64,000 nt of DNA from Balanoglossus misakiensis (taxonomy: Eukaryota; Animalia; Hemichordata), in contig CM082592.2 of NCBI GenBank assembly GCA_040954595.2, forward strand, positions 11,998,732 to 12,062,731, in the 5' to 3' direction. The position numbers and the translations under genes were made by a program. The notes below the pieces were generated by a model that made no database searches, was not told the origin of the DNA, and saw nothing but the letters and a program-made list of their open reading frames with translations. Shown here in pieces: positions 1 to 15,000 of the stretch (within the stretch, counting starts at the first letter, position 1; every line of letters starts with the position of its first letter).

Positions 1-2359
1 TGCTACATATCACCTTGCCACCAAATGTTTGGCCAAACACTTGCACATAACGTGGCATAACAAAACCAGTCTGCCATCTCTCCTATAGAGTTTACCAGTC
101 GCTGTAATTTGTTGGGCACTTACTCTATGCATACTGGATTTACTTGGATAACGAAGAATGTGTAATTGTTTGGCTGGCGGATACATGTATCCATGTAGAG
201 CTCGAAGTATGTAAATTTGGACACTGATGTGTGGAGCAGAGAAACATTACGGGTGATTGGCGCGCCTTTCAGGAGATTGTGAGCCTCTCACAAATCGCTC
301 TAATTTTGACCGACAGTTCGATTTTATTTCAATTTCCCCTCTGTTTGGCACATTGGAGTAGAACCAACACTGTAATTTATCGAAATCTATCATGCCAGTG
401 TATTTCGAGTTCTCGGCAAATATTGACAGGGACCCAATTTAGGACATAATACTCGAATTCCAACTGGAAACACAACGTTACACAGTTATGTGGAGAGGTT
501 AACGTGAAGTGTGTAGTGAGGAATATGACGGATCGTCATTTATAGGAATATTCCAGGGCAGCGATAATTGGCGAGGGCATTGTTATGTTCTTTCTGAGCC
601 ACCTGTCGGAGATGGAATTTAATATTCTTAGACGATCGAGTTTGTTCGAAGGCTATTATCCACTTCTGGGCGTACCTCAAACATATTATCAATCAAAATA
701 TATGTCCCTCGTTTTTTGAATGTGTTAAAAACGGTTCAAGCATGGTCGACAAGAAACATGCGCTGAAGGGTGTCCTCTACAAGTGGATTTCAGTTTCCAT
801 GGCAACATCTACCTAACATTAAAAACAGTGAATTTTCCCTAGGCAGATCTGAAGGATAATTCTCCAATGCTAGCATAAGGCTTTCACGCGACGTGGAGCG
901 CTTTTTATTTATACAACCGAATTTATGATCATTTTCTGTTGATCAATTTATGACGTTTTTTTATATTTTTGCTCTAAATGCAGCGTGTGCTCGAGGCGAT
1001 AGCCCACACTGTTTCAAAGAGTATCATTTTCAACAAAATCCTATAAATCGTTCACTGTTTAGAGTACAGAGTTCCTGTTGGGTTCTCTGTCGAGTTTGTC
1101 ATATCGACCGAAACGATACGTACTCACGCACACTTTGATAAACTGCATTACGAACTAGCAACGCGCTTGTGAGCTGTTGCACACTTCACCCTATGAAAAC
1201 GTTAGCCGTTCTCTGAAACGTCGGTAGTTAGATGTGTGTGAGCTCTAAAAGCATAAATATCGATAAAAAGATGTATTGATCTACATCATTCTAGTGCTCA
1301 ACAGACTAGACTAATAAAATGGCACTCGAATAATCATACTCTCTGGTCTAGGTGACAAGTAATCACTAATTCACTAATGTCTTTATTTTCGACTTTCGGC
1401 GAGAACGACAACCTTCCGTGAAATGGAGTCGCTCCTACTGTCATATACAAAGTGCGTTTTACTGCGAAGGTATTTTGATGAAAACGGCGGAACGATTGAA
1501 AAAAAGCCATGCACTAATGTTCGATCAAAGTGTCTTTCTATTCGATTCTTAAACACCATTTATCAGCTAATTGGGACAATGAGAACTGTTTTGAATTTCC
1601 CAGATTCCATTAGTGTGGAGAACGTTGCCACTAAAGTATGAGAGACTGGAGACGCACAAAACAAAACATTTAGCTTGTTTCTGTGAGGACAGTCTCAGTT
1701 ATTTCATATATGCACAAAGCCATTTTACTCTTCATTCATCGCACAGTCATTGACATAATCAAACGGGAGGCAATTTGAAAGGAGTTTAGTTTTTGCTCTG
1801 CCGAAACTAGCCTACACAGGCGCTATTGATCAGCGATTGCAAGATCGTGACATTCGAGTTGACTGAGCTGAGCGAGGTTTAGTCCTTGCGATAACTTCTT
1901 TCAGGATTAAATAATCACTTGGGGATGGGCATATCTCTACAGCCACTTCAAGCTCCGTTCCACAGATGCCTACGTTATTGCGTTCTTGTCAGAGCCGTAA
2001 AACGGTGTGAATAAACGTAAAATGGACATGAGTCTGCGTACAAGCTCTAGTGGGCAAACATGCATGACGTGCAACGGTTGTTAAGAACTCTCGTAAGACG
2101 CCCGAGAAGTGTGAGAATTTAATGAAAAAAGTTATGAATCATGGGGTCCATGTAAAGGAATTTTCGTCACCAATGTTCCAAATTTGACAATATTCAAACT
2201 AGCAGCTGTTGCCGGGGGGAATACATTCTCTCACAACCCCCTCCCAACAAAAAACACCAACAACAACTAACCTTACACCAGTTCAGTTCAATGGTTACTT
2301 AATGTTTACACTCGACATTTCAAAAATGTCTGATTCAAGACACACTTTTCTATTCCCAG

Positions 2360-5300
2360 GTGCCTTTCTTATACCTTACACAATCATGTTAATAGTCGGA
2401 GGGATTCCGTTGTTTTATATGGAGTTAGCCCTCGGTCAGTTCAACAGAACGGGGGCTATAACTTTATGGAAGAAGCTGTGTCCGCTATTCAAGGGTGAGT
2501 TAATTGCAGTGAGTTAATCACAATCAATCTAGTCAACCCATGAAAAATAAATTTATGTCAGGGAATTGAATTGTTACACTAGTTACTCTCCGTAAAGTAT
2601 CTATTTATTGAAACTACGTCGTTACAAAAACTGAACACCTAGATCAATAGCGCCCCCAATGGCCATTCAGCTTCTGGACTTTTGTTTTTAAGAAACTTTT
2701 CCTCGTTGTCATTCAGGCATCGGCTGGGCAGTTGTCCTGATTGCTTTTTACGTAGACTTCTACTACAACGTTATTATATCCTGGGCCTTTTACTACTTCT
2801 TCGCCTCCTTCACAACGGTTCTTCCGTGGAGTCACTGTGGGAATGACTGGAACACGGAGCTGTGTTTCCATCCGACGGAGGGCCCTGAATATTTTGTGCC
2901 ACTATACTCGTTCTCGGATTACAATGAGTCTTTGAGCGCCTTGCCCGATGGCTACGGGGTCGCCTACAACGACACGGAAGACTTTGTGTATGTCAACAAG
3001 ACGGTATCAGCTGCCACGGAGTATTTCGAGTGAGTATTTCCTCAACATAGTTCAACCAGTATTTCGATATTAGAATGCGAACTGTTGGCATGCAATAAGT
3101 ATTTCGTTGATTTTCCCTCAAATTTCAGGCGAGGAGTTTTTCAACTGTACGCAACTGACGGCGTTAGTAACCTTGGAGCAATTCGATGGCAGTTGGTTCT
3201 CTGTTTGCTGTTCGTCTACATCATATGTTATTTCAGTCTTTGGAAAGGCATCAAAGCTTCGGGAAAGGTGGGTCAATACATCGTTTGGGCCTGTTGTTGT
3301 CGTTTAAGATCTAGTGTTACACCATTTTAGACTCCCAAGAAATTGCGAGAGTATATTACAATCAATTAGGAACCACCAAGTACCTTATTACGTTTGTTCA
3401 ACCTGTGACGTTTGCAGTTTCGCGCATTTCAGTCGAGAAACTGGGCCGTAAGTAGCAGGCACACTCCCAACCAGAATCTATTCATTTTTTATTCTATTCT
3501 ATGTTTGGCACAGGTCGTTTGGTTCACTGCTACATTCCCTTATCTCGTGCTATTTATATTACTTATTCGTGGTGTCACACTGCCGGGTGCAAGCAAAGGC
3601 ATCGAATACTACCTTGTACCAAACTTCACAAGACTCAAATCATCGGAGGTACGTAAGAAAAGTGATCTCGTTACCAGCAAAGTTACAGCACGATATCAAG
3701 TGTTTGATTTTGTGTGATCCCACGGTAATGGTGACGTAAGCACCAAGTTGAACTTAAGTAGTTTCTGCGTATAAGTGTTTTTGTAATTATATTTAGATTT
3801 AATGTAAAATGCAATATGAACGTCTCATAACTTACCAATCTATCCCTTTGTAGGTATGGATCGATGCGGCCACCCAAATCTTTTTCTCCCTGGGTCCCGG
3901 CTTTGGTGTCTTGTTGGCATTTTCCAGCTACAATAAATTCAACAATAATGTATACAGGTAACTAGTCAATAGATAATTCAATTTGAACAGTAATTAATTG
4001 ATCGCTACTAAGTGATATGACATGGTATTTCTAGACACTCCTCGGGGGGAAAAGTGTGATGAATGATCGAATGATTGGATTTTGTTCTTGTTTCCAGAGA
4101 TGCCTTAATTACAAGCACAATCAACTGTGTCACGAGTTTCCTGTCTGGCTTTGTCATTTTCTCTGTTCTTGGCTACATGGCACACAGACAAGGTCTTAAG
4201 GTCGGCGAGGTTGCTACGGAAGGTACGGGTGTTGAAAAAAAAAATCTTGAGGCTACTTGCTGTAATGTTTAACTTTAAGAATAAATAGTAATGGGAACAA
4301 TTGTAGAAAGTTACAAGCTATTGCCCTTCTAAAGAACGGAATAACAAATCCTAATATCTATTTTTCTGTTTTTTTTTTCACAATTAATCAACGGGCTCAC
4401 ATTTTATTTCGGTCATAAACTAGAGTCTGTTCTAGCATTGTGACACTCATATTAAACCCAATTTTGACTATACTACCAGGTCCTGGTCTTGTGTTCATCG
4501 TCTACCCAGAAGCCCTGTCGACTATGCCCGGATCTACTTTCTGGTCTTTGATTTTCTTTGCGATGTTAATAACGCTCGGCTTGGATAGTTCGGTAAGGCA
4601 TTGTCATCTTTAAAGTAGTACCTATTTTAAAATGTTTGCTCATAGTTTACTGCATGAGCTAAAATGACTCTGGAAAAAACTGCACATATTGAACGAAGAC
4701 GTACGATTGTTGTTTTCAGTTTGGGGGCTCAGAAGCGATCTTGACCGGAGTTTCCGACGAGTTTCCGAAGACAATAAAACCACACCGGGAAATGTTTGTC
4801 GGATTGCTGTTCGCTTTCTACTTTCTAATTGGCCTTGCAATGTGTACGCAGGTAAGATAGATATTGTCGGTTTAACACGTACAACAAAGTTGACGTTGTC
4901 ATGCAATTGTCCACACTGTGGGCTTTGATCAACTTTCTGATCTTGCAATTCTCAGTTTTAAGAAAGTTCTTCGAAGACCGTTTGAAGTTACAACAAAATT
5001 CAGCACTACATGTATTTGAATGTCCCTTCTTTGGTTTACATTAGTGGAGTTTAGCAATGTCACCAATCCTTTTTCCTCACACAGGGTGGAGCGTACGTTG
5101 TGAGTTTATTGGACGCATATGCAGCTGGATACTCAATATTGTTTGCAGTATTTTTCGAAGCGGTGGCTGTATCGTGGTTCTACGGTGAGAAACATCACTC
5201 TTTTCAACAACCAACTTGTGACAGAACAACTGTATAGATATATTTTATGCAAACGTACTCGCATTTCAGTAGATAGGACGTCGCAATATTGTCCTTGGCC

Positions 5301-6164
5301 AAAAATGTTCAGCAGACGACAATCACGAATGACTTCATTCTTTCTTCGCAGGTGTAAAGAGATTTTCGGCCGACATCAAAGAGATGTTGGGTTCAGAACC
5401 TGGTCCTTACTGGAAAGTCTGTTGGGCATTTATTAGTCCCATATTCCTCGGGGTAAGTCTGCCGATCAAGCAGGAATATAAACTTACAAAACAATTAAGT
5501 TTCCTATCCATTTCACCACTGTGCCATTTCATTTGTAACCTACTATTCTATCACCACTGTTGTGTTTTTTCAACAGTTCAACATCGTGTTCGGGTTATAT
5601 GGCTACGCACCACTCACGTACGATGACTACGTGTATCCCCCGTGGGCGAATGCACTAGGCTGGATGATGGCCATCTCGTCTATGGCTGCCATCCCTATAT
5701 TTGTGGTTTACGTTTTGATAATCACACCCGGTTCGTTAAAAGAGGTAGGTCGTTTGCATTCCAGATGTGAGTGAGGTCAGACGACTTTCAGAATTTTGGG
5801 AGGGGTGGCGGAATTCCTGGGTCGAGGTCAACAAACTCTGAGTGAATCACCATGTTTATGTTCTGTAGCAAGCACACTAACAACATTCATAAATCATGAA
5901 ACTAATGTTTCTCTGCAAGAATCTCGAAGGGGAACATGATGCAAATCACAGCTAGAAACATCCTCGTTTTTTCCTCCAATGACCAAAATATACGTTTGGT
6001 CGAAATGAGACTTTATTTTCCCATTTTTGTTGTTACAGAGATTGGTTAAGTCAATCAAAACACCCAATCAGAGAGCTGCAAGGGAGGCATATGACAGAGT
6101 TGGACAAATCAACGGCAACGTGGCCGATTACAAAATTGAAGATGCCAAGATTGATCATGTGTAG
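2360..6164 (+). CDS. DAT: SLC6 Na+/Cl- dependent monoamine transporter, invertebrate dopamine transporter type. 5'-partial: the N-terminal exons lie outside the window.
   Basis: 12 phase-consistent GT-AG exons: 2360-2494, 2717-3029, 3129-3267, 3514-3648, 3854-3957, 4098-4222, 4480-4592, 4720-4851, 5085-5184, 5352-5452, 5577-5744, 6039-6164 (TAG). Translation gives [55 protein letters not shown] and LGLDSSFGGSEAI. The VDFYY and FGGSEA motifs match Drosophila-type DAT. Confidence 0.9.
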
Positions 6165-9100
6165 ACTGCCGCCAAAGGTGTAAGACGAATTTTGGTGACA
6201 GGATAGTTAACACCAAGAGATCCTTTTTTGGGTCGATTTAATGACCTCTGGCAAATATATAGTATGAATGAATCGAAGCAATACCTCATTCCAACTGAAA
6301 ACATAGTATTAATGAAAATACAAAAACGTTTCGTGCCAACAGGTTATGGCCGTGTCTCATTTTCTAACGGTTTTGAGTTTGATGTTTACCTTCGACTGCC
6401 GATTTGGTTTCTTACACTCTTGGTTGGCAAGGTTACCACGAGAGTGGCTTCTTGCTTGCTTAATACTGAGGTCAGAATACGCGTTCTCGATCGTGTCACT
6501 TCGAACTACATGTACTTTGTAGGCGAAAGTGTATTCGACGTGACCAATAGAGGACGTTTTATACACACCTGGTGTTATCTGTATAAAGTAATCGTAAATA
6601 TACAATGTAGAAAAACTGTAAAGCAAACATGTATAGTTGACTGTTTATAGTTTTCAATGTGCCTTGCTTGGTACACACTGAAACTCGTCTACATTTCTGC
6701 CGTGGCAATAACTTCTGGAACACCAAAGTTGTATGTCTAAGACTATGGCACAGTTGTAGAAATAGTTTGTCTTTCCAACATGGGCATGCGCTGGTGTGCG
6801 ATTGAATTCAGTTAATTGCCCGGTCGTTGTAGTGGGGCATATAGTACAGCTTTAATTCCCAGGTCATAGAACTTTGATGTACCATCAATTCTGTCCACAG
6901 CAATAACATGACTGTGGGTACACCTTTTCAAACGAAGATGCAGTACTGTACCCATTCCGTTTGGTGTACGGCCACTCATGTTTTATTTCTAGAAAAGCTT
7001 ATATTTTACTCATTCAACTATTTTTTCTGCATCGTTATTATCTGACAATATTACCGAGATTTGAATTGATGTCATGGAAATGACAAATTAGAAGGAAATA
7101 TTGAAGTGGTTTGTCAACTTTGCAGATATAATTTGCTTAGGTCGCTAATTACGACTTTTTAAACTGAACGATTTCATTTATGAAAATGTATCGTGTAATA
7201 TTAATGTGGTGTAATTATGTAAATTAGTCAATAATTTAACTCCTAGGTACTTTCGAGACAGGTTTGCATCTATCAGCACAAAAAAGAACGTTCTTATCGA
7301 TTTGAACTTGTGTGCTTTCATTGTGACAATCCTGTCGAAGATGTAGACATGTACCAGTTTGGTACTGTACTGAATACTAGGGTAGAAATTAATCGTGTAC
7401 AGACAAATATTGTCCGGGTGTCACTGTAAATCTTGCTGACCAATAAGTGAATCTGTCACGTGACCTGTACTTAGACCATCGTCACGTGACTCGCATTTAG
7501 ACCAATGGTGTCATTGTTCGCATAAGGAATTTTGAAGTCACTCAGAACTGTGAAATTGCAAATGTACGGGTATATAAAATTGTTTTCGCGTGTTGTGATG
7601 TTAACAGTTATTGTACTGTCGTGTTTAAGTTTTTGTCATCTACCAGGTATCAATCATTTTTTCCAGTTTTGAATGTGACGTAATGGAGTCTTACTATTGT
7701 CTAGTAACAATTAAAATGTGCCAGCTTGTCTATTTTGCGTTTCTGTACAAATAATGTGACTTGTTGACGATGAATTTTCAAAAAATTAATGTGAGAATGT
7801 GCGAAAATAGTATTGAAGTAATGACGATGAGTGTTATACATTATATTTCAAAAATTACGATGTGAGAAGCGATGTAAATGTTTCACGGGAGAAAAGCAAG
7901 GAAAAGACACAATACACCGTAGAGGGCTTATGCAGTTTTCTGATATCAAATACATTCCTAAACTTATTAGCGAGTTTGAAATTTAACATTTCTGAATCAG
8001 GAACGATTGATAATGTGTTAATTCCCATGTAAATGTTGTCTCTGACAATAATGTTGAAGTAACAAGAAAGCTTTCTGGTAGTATTTTTATTTTCAACCAT
8101 TTTGATACTGTTGTTATACGATCCTATCAATGTTAGAACTTGACGGTTTCAGTATTACAACAATTTAATGTATTCACTGTATGCGTTTCTGGACGTCAAC
8201 AATTATAAATAAAGTATCTAGCTGTATTGATGTTGTTATTGTTGTTGTTATTATTCAATCCCTGGGAACTCGTGTTGTTATTACATGTACATACAAATAA
8301 ACATCACTAACTTCATGTTAAATGTATTCCCAGAACAAGATGATAAGTTCTCCATAGAATTTACGTGTGTCATGAATATGCAGGGATGTCACCCTGTTCG
8401 TGTGAACATTACACTGTAATCATGCCACGTTATCCATTACATGAAAATGTTGTGTCTGCTTACCGTCTTGAACGTCTGAAACGACCAGTCATCCTCACCA
8501 GCCTCTTCGTGTTGTTATGTTTCATTTCTTGACGTACTTTTGGGCGATACGTGTGGTTATCTGACACGATGTTCTCACCATGAAAATCTTGACACGGTGG
8601 CGCATACAAATTTGAGAAACTACCTGGTGAAGCCATGCACTGCGAGACGCTCGTTGACTACACTCAACCAATGGAAATCTTTATATTCAGCTGTACACGT
8701 GTTCCAATCCTATTGGTTGACAAGAAAGCATATTTTACATACACCAGGTGTTGTAAGCCGGACTCACTTCGTGCATTCATTCAGATATTGAAGGCCACTA
8801 TAAATAAATGCGGCTCGGGCATCATCAATATTATGGTCAGAGAGCACCAGCCCGAGGACAGGCTGTTGTCCGAGCATCATGTGTTATTAATTGTATTACA
8901 CCGAACATTAGATACATACATGATACAGCATTAGGGTCCAGGGTCGTTGCATGTATTGAATGTCTCGATCTCCGGAGAACTGTCGCTGTAGGCCATACTT
9001 CGAACTCAGATAATTTTGGACAACTGATATTGCGCTGTTGGTTGTAACTTTGATGTGTTTACTATCCATTTGCCGTAAAATATCGTTAATTCGGTCTGTC

Positions 9101-12045
9101 GCTCTTCAAAGCCATACGTATACATGCACGCGAGCAGACGATAATTTTTCAAGTGCAGAAAAGATGCGCAGAACCTAAAAACTGTCCCCAGCGTGTCCAT
9201 AGCGCAGCCAGCGGTGGGAATGGGGCAGTGGACATCACGTTTTTTTTCCTGTGTCACGTGGTGCGGTCTCAGCTATGTCATGTATGCTTGTATCATCGTG
9301 GACTCGCATCAAATTCATATCGGCCATGAATGATTGTGAGATGATATGGAAACCATGAATTTTTCTGTACATTTTCATGAAGCGCACAAATAATTTAAGT
9401 AGGAGTCAGCAATAATGCTGAAGAGACTCTTATCCATAAAGTTCAAAAACTCATCACATTTACAATCATTATAGAACTAACTATAATTCTGAAATGAATC
9501 TAAGTTCTGGTTCTAAGATATGCAGTTATCTTGTACTTCCTTGTTAATAACCTGTAACAGAAGACTAGACATTCCTGTAGTAGTGTTACAAAATGTTTTA
9601 TTCCTTCAACATGGCTAACATCACATGATTGCAAACACTCTACAACTATAACACGAAAAAACACAGAGAAATTTCACGTTGTACATGTAACACTGCATGA
9701 GCTTCCGTACTCTGCAGTATGAAACACATACTGAACAAATTTGCAGCCATTTATAAAATTGGAATGAGGAAAAAACAAAAGATATACTGAAATGAAAATG
9801 CATCAATGTATTTTCACAAAAGTAAACTCCCTGAAAGAAAGTCTATGCTGTGCTATCTATGCTAAATCGAATAAAAGCACCAATATGTTTTTGCTGAAAC
9901 TCAACATTACAAATCCTGGACCACCCAAATCAAAGATACTGAGCAATAACAGAGCTGATTGTAGCAGAGGAAAATGCTTTGCAATAAGTGTCCTCTTTTC
10001 CTTGCTTACGGGCAACAAAATGCAATGACCCCTTCCACAAAAACACCCCCCCCTTCCAATGATAGAAAACTCCTTCGACACAGAAGGAGATGAGGCCAGA
10101 TGAGACATGCAGCTCAATTACCTGAATACAACTTGCTTTATACCAAGATTTCAGTTCACAAAGATTTAATACAAGTCCTAGATCCTCCTGTGGATAAAAA
10201 AACTCCACAGAAAGCAACAAGAGTAAACGTCGCATGGAAATTCTGGAATCCAAGACAACAGTGAATAATATATCAAAACACATCTTATCATAATGAAGTG
10301 CAAAGTACATAATTTGTTTTCAATAATATGTTCAGTACAATACCGCAACCTGTACCTTTTACAGGGACACACTCCTATTACAATGTCCTACTTGCAAAGA
10401 TGGTTTCCCCTTTCGGGCTCCTTTTATTCAACTTTTGCTGCATTGAAACAATTTATTTCCTAATTGAGCTCATGATAAAAATGCCTCTTTAAAAGTTCGC
10501 ATCTACAATATCAAAGCAAACAATTTCTCTGAACAAGAACATGTGCTTCACTGGAACAACGGTTCAAAATAATACTGAAATAATAAATATTTTCAGTCAT
10601 GAAACAAACACTCTAAAAATATCTGTTTTACAATTTACATGTTCGCACCTAAAGCAACACCTATTCTGGTTTTTGTGTGCACTCACTCTTAAAGTAAAAT
10701 TATTTCTCTTGAGGATGTCTCATAATTTCCGCTGGTGGGGTCAATTTATGAGACATTTGTGTGACATACAGTTCCAGCACGATGAAAAAGTCATAGAGTA
10801 GGATTGAATCTAAGCTAGACATCTGACACAAACCACATGGTTCCTTTTAGGTCGGTATGCCACTGAATTTGATTGGATATCGCTGTGGTAACAACTGCAA
10901 ATTATTGCTGATTTCATGTTACAGTGACTGAGCTGAAAACAGCCATTGAAACATGTTACACTTTTATCTCTGGCACAAAAGAGCTTTAACCTTGAAGCAA
11001 CATGACTATGAACTTGAGAAAGGAATTAATAGTTCATCTTGAATAACCACTGAGCATTTGTGGTCAAAGTTCTGATATATAAGCTGAGAGGATCGTGCCA
11101 AACAAGACCTGTACAACAATAATCAATACAGCTCACACACATCAAAGTATGTTAGACTACTCGAGCCCTGGCAGGCCAAGCAAAGTCAGAACAGCTACCT
11201 CACTGAATACAAAATGCTGTGCTGGCTGCTATATACAGAAAAGAAAGTAATTGATGCTTAAAAGGAGGACATGTAAAATATGTTATTAGGCTGCAGAGCC
11301 GTTCTGAATATATAGATATATTTTTGCTGTTTTTTTTAAAGTTAGAAATACACATTTGATATGTCCTTTTATATAATATTGTCTGTTTACAAAAATCAAA
11401 TCATTAAAGTTTACAAAAACATAAAAATTACAAAGTTCTCTGCACACAGAGAAACTTTGTAGAACATTATCCAGTCCAACAAGACTAGGTTTCATAGCAT
11501 ATTTGCATATTATGTAAATGACTTGATAAATATTTATTCCAAGTACTCAAATTTCTTAGGCAACATCTGCTTATCATGAAACATGCTTGTGCTTGCTTCT
11601 TGACAAATCGCCCTTGAAGAGTAATGGCAAACATCTGGGTTTCTGTTACCAGAATTAGAATCATATGCAAATTTATTCCTCAATCTGAGACTTGTTGAAC
11701 AGGATAATGCACAAACATATTGGGACATACACTGATTACATAAAGAGGGCATTCTTCACAAGGTTCATGCAAAAATGAGGCCAATATCCCGGAGGTAATA
11801 ATTTTTGTATTGTAAAGCAATGCAACCAATACGAAGACAACTGTACTATGCACGAATGGCTTACCATTGGTAATGAGTCAGGGATTGTTTTGCACAGCTA
11901 AAACTTTCTACATTTTTATAAAAATATGATGCTAATTATTACAACAAAAAGTGCAAAGTCTGTTTACCATTGGACCTATTAGCCTTGATTTAGGACGAAT
12001 ATTTTGAAGAGCACCCTCTCTTTATGAAACCAGTTTATTGTTCGG

Positions 12046-15000
12046 CTATGCTTTAAAAGTGTGCACCACGCGTACCACATATTGCCTGCATATGGGGCAC
12101 TCGGACATTCTCTTGCCACACTTTGTGCATGTGATCATGTGACCACACTCCAAGAGGACACAGTCGATTGGTGCATCCATGCAAATCTTGCACATTTCAC
12201 CAGACAAACTTGTGCTACTGTTGCTGCTCTCTGTAAAGAGAAAACAAATCACCATAATTTCAGAATATGTTTGTTAATATGTACATGTACTTCACTGGTG
12301 CAAGCTAGATTCCCAAAACACTGTGAATTTATGCAGGGTAAAGTTTAATGCCCTACCTTCTCTTGTGCCTTCACCATAATCTTTAAGTATTTCTTCAGCT
12401 ATGAAAGAGAGAAAAACAAACATCTTGTGAGCTTGTAAGTTTCTAGTCAGACTAATAAGCTTTTACATGCAGCAGTGAAATATACTGCCGTTGTCAATGT
12501 GATGGCTATTCAACACATTTTCTGGCAATTGTTTTTTCGCAAATTGTCTTGGGAAATTACAGAGCCTGGTTTTAAAAACAACTCTGCCACCCATCATCTT
12601 TTTTTTGCACATTTACATGAAAACAACCTTGAATTCGATATGCAATTTCCTCATCACACCTGCAGCTCTAACGTGGTATCATCTCACTTGATTGAACGGA
12701 TGAGTGACTGAAGGGCAAGTGTGAAAACAATCTCACTTCTGATTACTGTAAAACTCCTTTTAGAAGCCACAGCTCAACTCTGAAAATCTTTTTTATACAT
12801 TTCACCATCTTCAAAGTCCACATACAGGCTTCAACATGGCCATGCATTTTCGACCTCAAGTCCCAAGGAAAGCATTTTCAAATTATTGACATCACTTTTC
12901 AGATGAATTACCTTTCTGTCTCTGCTCCTCTTTTTCCCTGAAAAGCCGCGTCACTCTCTCCACCAGTTCCCACTTTTCCACACATCCCTTGAAATCCACG
13001 AAGTTTGCAGCCAGGACTTCTTTTAGTTGCCTAATCGTCATGCTGTCTATTTCACCCACCGTAGAGAGATCACTAATGGATGCCCTTTGTCTTGATGGCC
13101 TGGTATCTGGTGGAGGCTGGCAGATAAAAAATATCACAAAAATTATAAAAACAGTGTTTTTGCTAAGGTTGGGGGAATATTGTGACTGGGGAACCCTGGT
13201 AACATTCAGTTGGGTACCACCCTTAACATTGTACATGGATAGAGCCCAACCCCTAAGTCCCGAAGACTACATCCATGGGACTAATAACCCAGCTGTACAA
13301 GATATACTGCTAAACATGATACATGTATGTGTCTACAGAAACACATCACATGGGATAATCTCACAAAATGAACTTGCATAATCATGGAGACACTGGGATA
13401 TCACTGACCAAGGATAAACTGCATGCAAGTGGGAAACTCAATCACGCTGGCTGAAAGACTTTCTCTCATATTCTTTTTTTATAATGAACGGTACTTTTAA
13501 CAACGCAGCGAGTCAGGCAAGAAAACTGAAAGAGTTGAAACCATTAAAAAAAACCTGGGGTAACAGCAAGGAGTCAGAGTGATTGCAATAGCAGGCAGTA
13601 TACACCAAGGTGATGACAAGAGCTCCCAGCATTTACCAGCAGATATACATGTACCTCTGGTGACTCTGCCATCTGTCGGGCTTCATGTTGTCTCATCTCT
13701 TCCTCTTGTCTTCTCTGCAATCTGTCCGACCTCTCATTGTCGACTTCAGTTTGTGGCGGTTGTGATGGTGGTGCTTGTGACTGTATCATAATTAATACAA
13801 AAGAATAATGAACATCAAATACCGGTATATGCATTTATTAGATTAGAAGGTAAATGTTATTTATTAGAATATTCCACATGTGACTAGACTTTGACAGCAA
13901 TGGTGTCTTCAGGACTAAGCATTCAGATGGCTTGTGTTTATTTTTTTTTGAGTCCGTATTGAAGCATGGAAATAGTAAGTTGAAAAAATAGAGGACAATT
14001 TCAATGAAAATCACTGAAGGTAGCTTTGAATCCTTTCACTTATTTCCTCTGTAGAGGTCCAACTTTATGGTATAAAACAATGGTTTTGGGCAAAACCATG
14101 TTGTTTTTAAACTGCCCATTTTAGGTTTGTTAGTCATTATTCATAGTTCTGTTACCCTGGAGTAAATCTTTACAAATGAAATACTTTCAGGGATGTGAGC
14201 GAACGTGACTGAGTGAACAGTTTTTAAGACTACTATCGCACAGTCGCTGTCAGATATGCGTTGATTGGTACAAGATCCATTCAATGAATCCCAGATAATG
14301 TCAGAACTCGACAGATATTTTTACCTACATACACAAAGAGTTCTAGCTGCAGCAATTGGAGTATTGGTTTTGTCACACAATGGTCTTGTCACACAGCTGC
14401 ACAGTAAACGTTTTGGAACAGACAACTACACTGTAGGGCAGCAAGGCCTTCGTGACAAAAGGGGCAACTACCGTTCTGTATTAAACACATAAGTATTAAA
14501 GACTCCCTGGATACGAATTTTAAAGCAAACTTTCTGAAAGACATCTGGAACAGAATCACCTGGAGGATGTGAGTAAGACTTACATGTCCTGTTGGGGTGG
14601 AATTGCTTCTTTGCTGAGATGGTTGGGATTGTTGCTGGGTCTGTGATGGATGCGTCCAGCGGGTGTTTTGTACATTCTGGGTCCTGGCCCTGGCCTCTCT
14701 GTTCTGCTGGTTGGCATGGTGACGGAGAAGCAGCTCCACCAGGTCATTTTTCTCGGTGCAGGTACTGACCGGTACATTGTTTGCTATGAGGTGTTGGCGT
14801 AAGTCCTTAATTTTCAGCGTCATTAGCTCAGTCCTGTCAAAGGCATCAGGACAACTCAATATCCGGCATGTGTTGCACCGTCGTTGTGCTGAACTCCGGT
14901 TGGGTTCTTTGGCCATGCATTTTGAGCAAAAAAATCTGTTGCATTCTTTGCAGAGATGCTGAAAAAAAATCATAAATATGGGAGATTTGGATGCTGAATT

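Noticed and set aside
6228-6650. 140-aa ORF after DAT and other short ORFs in UTRs and introns
   Set aside because: No recognisable motifs or splice structure; consistent with chance ORFs.
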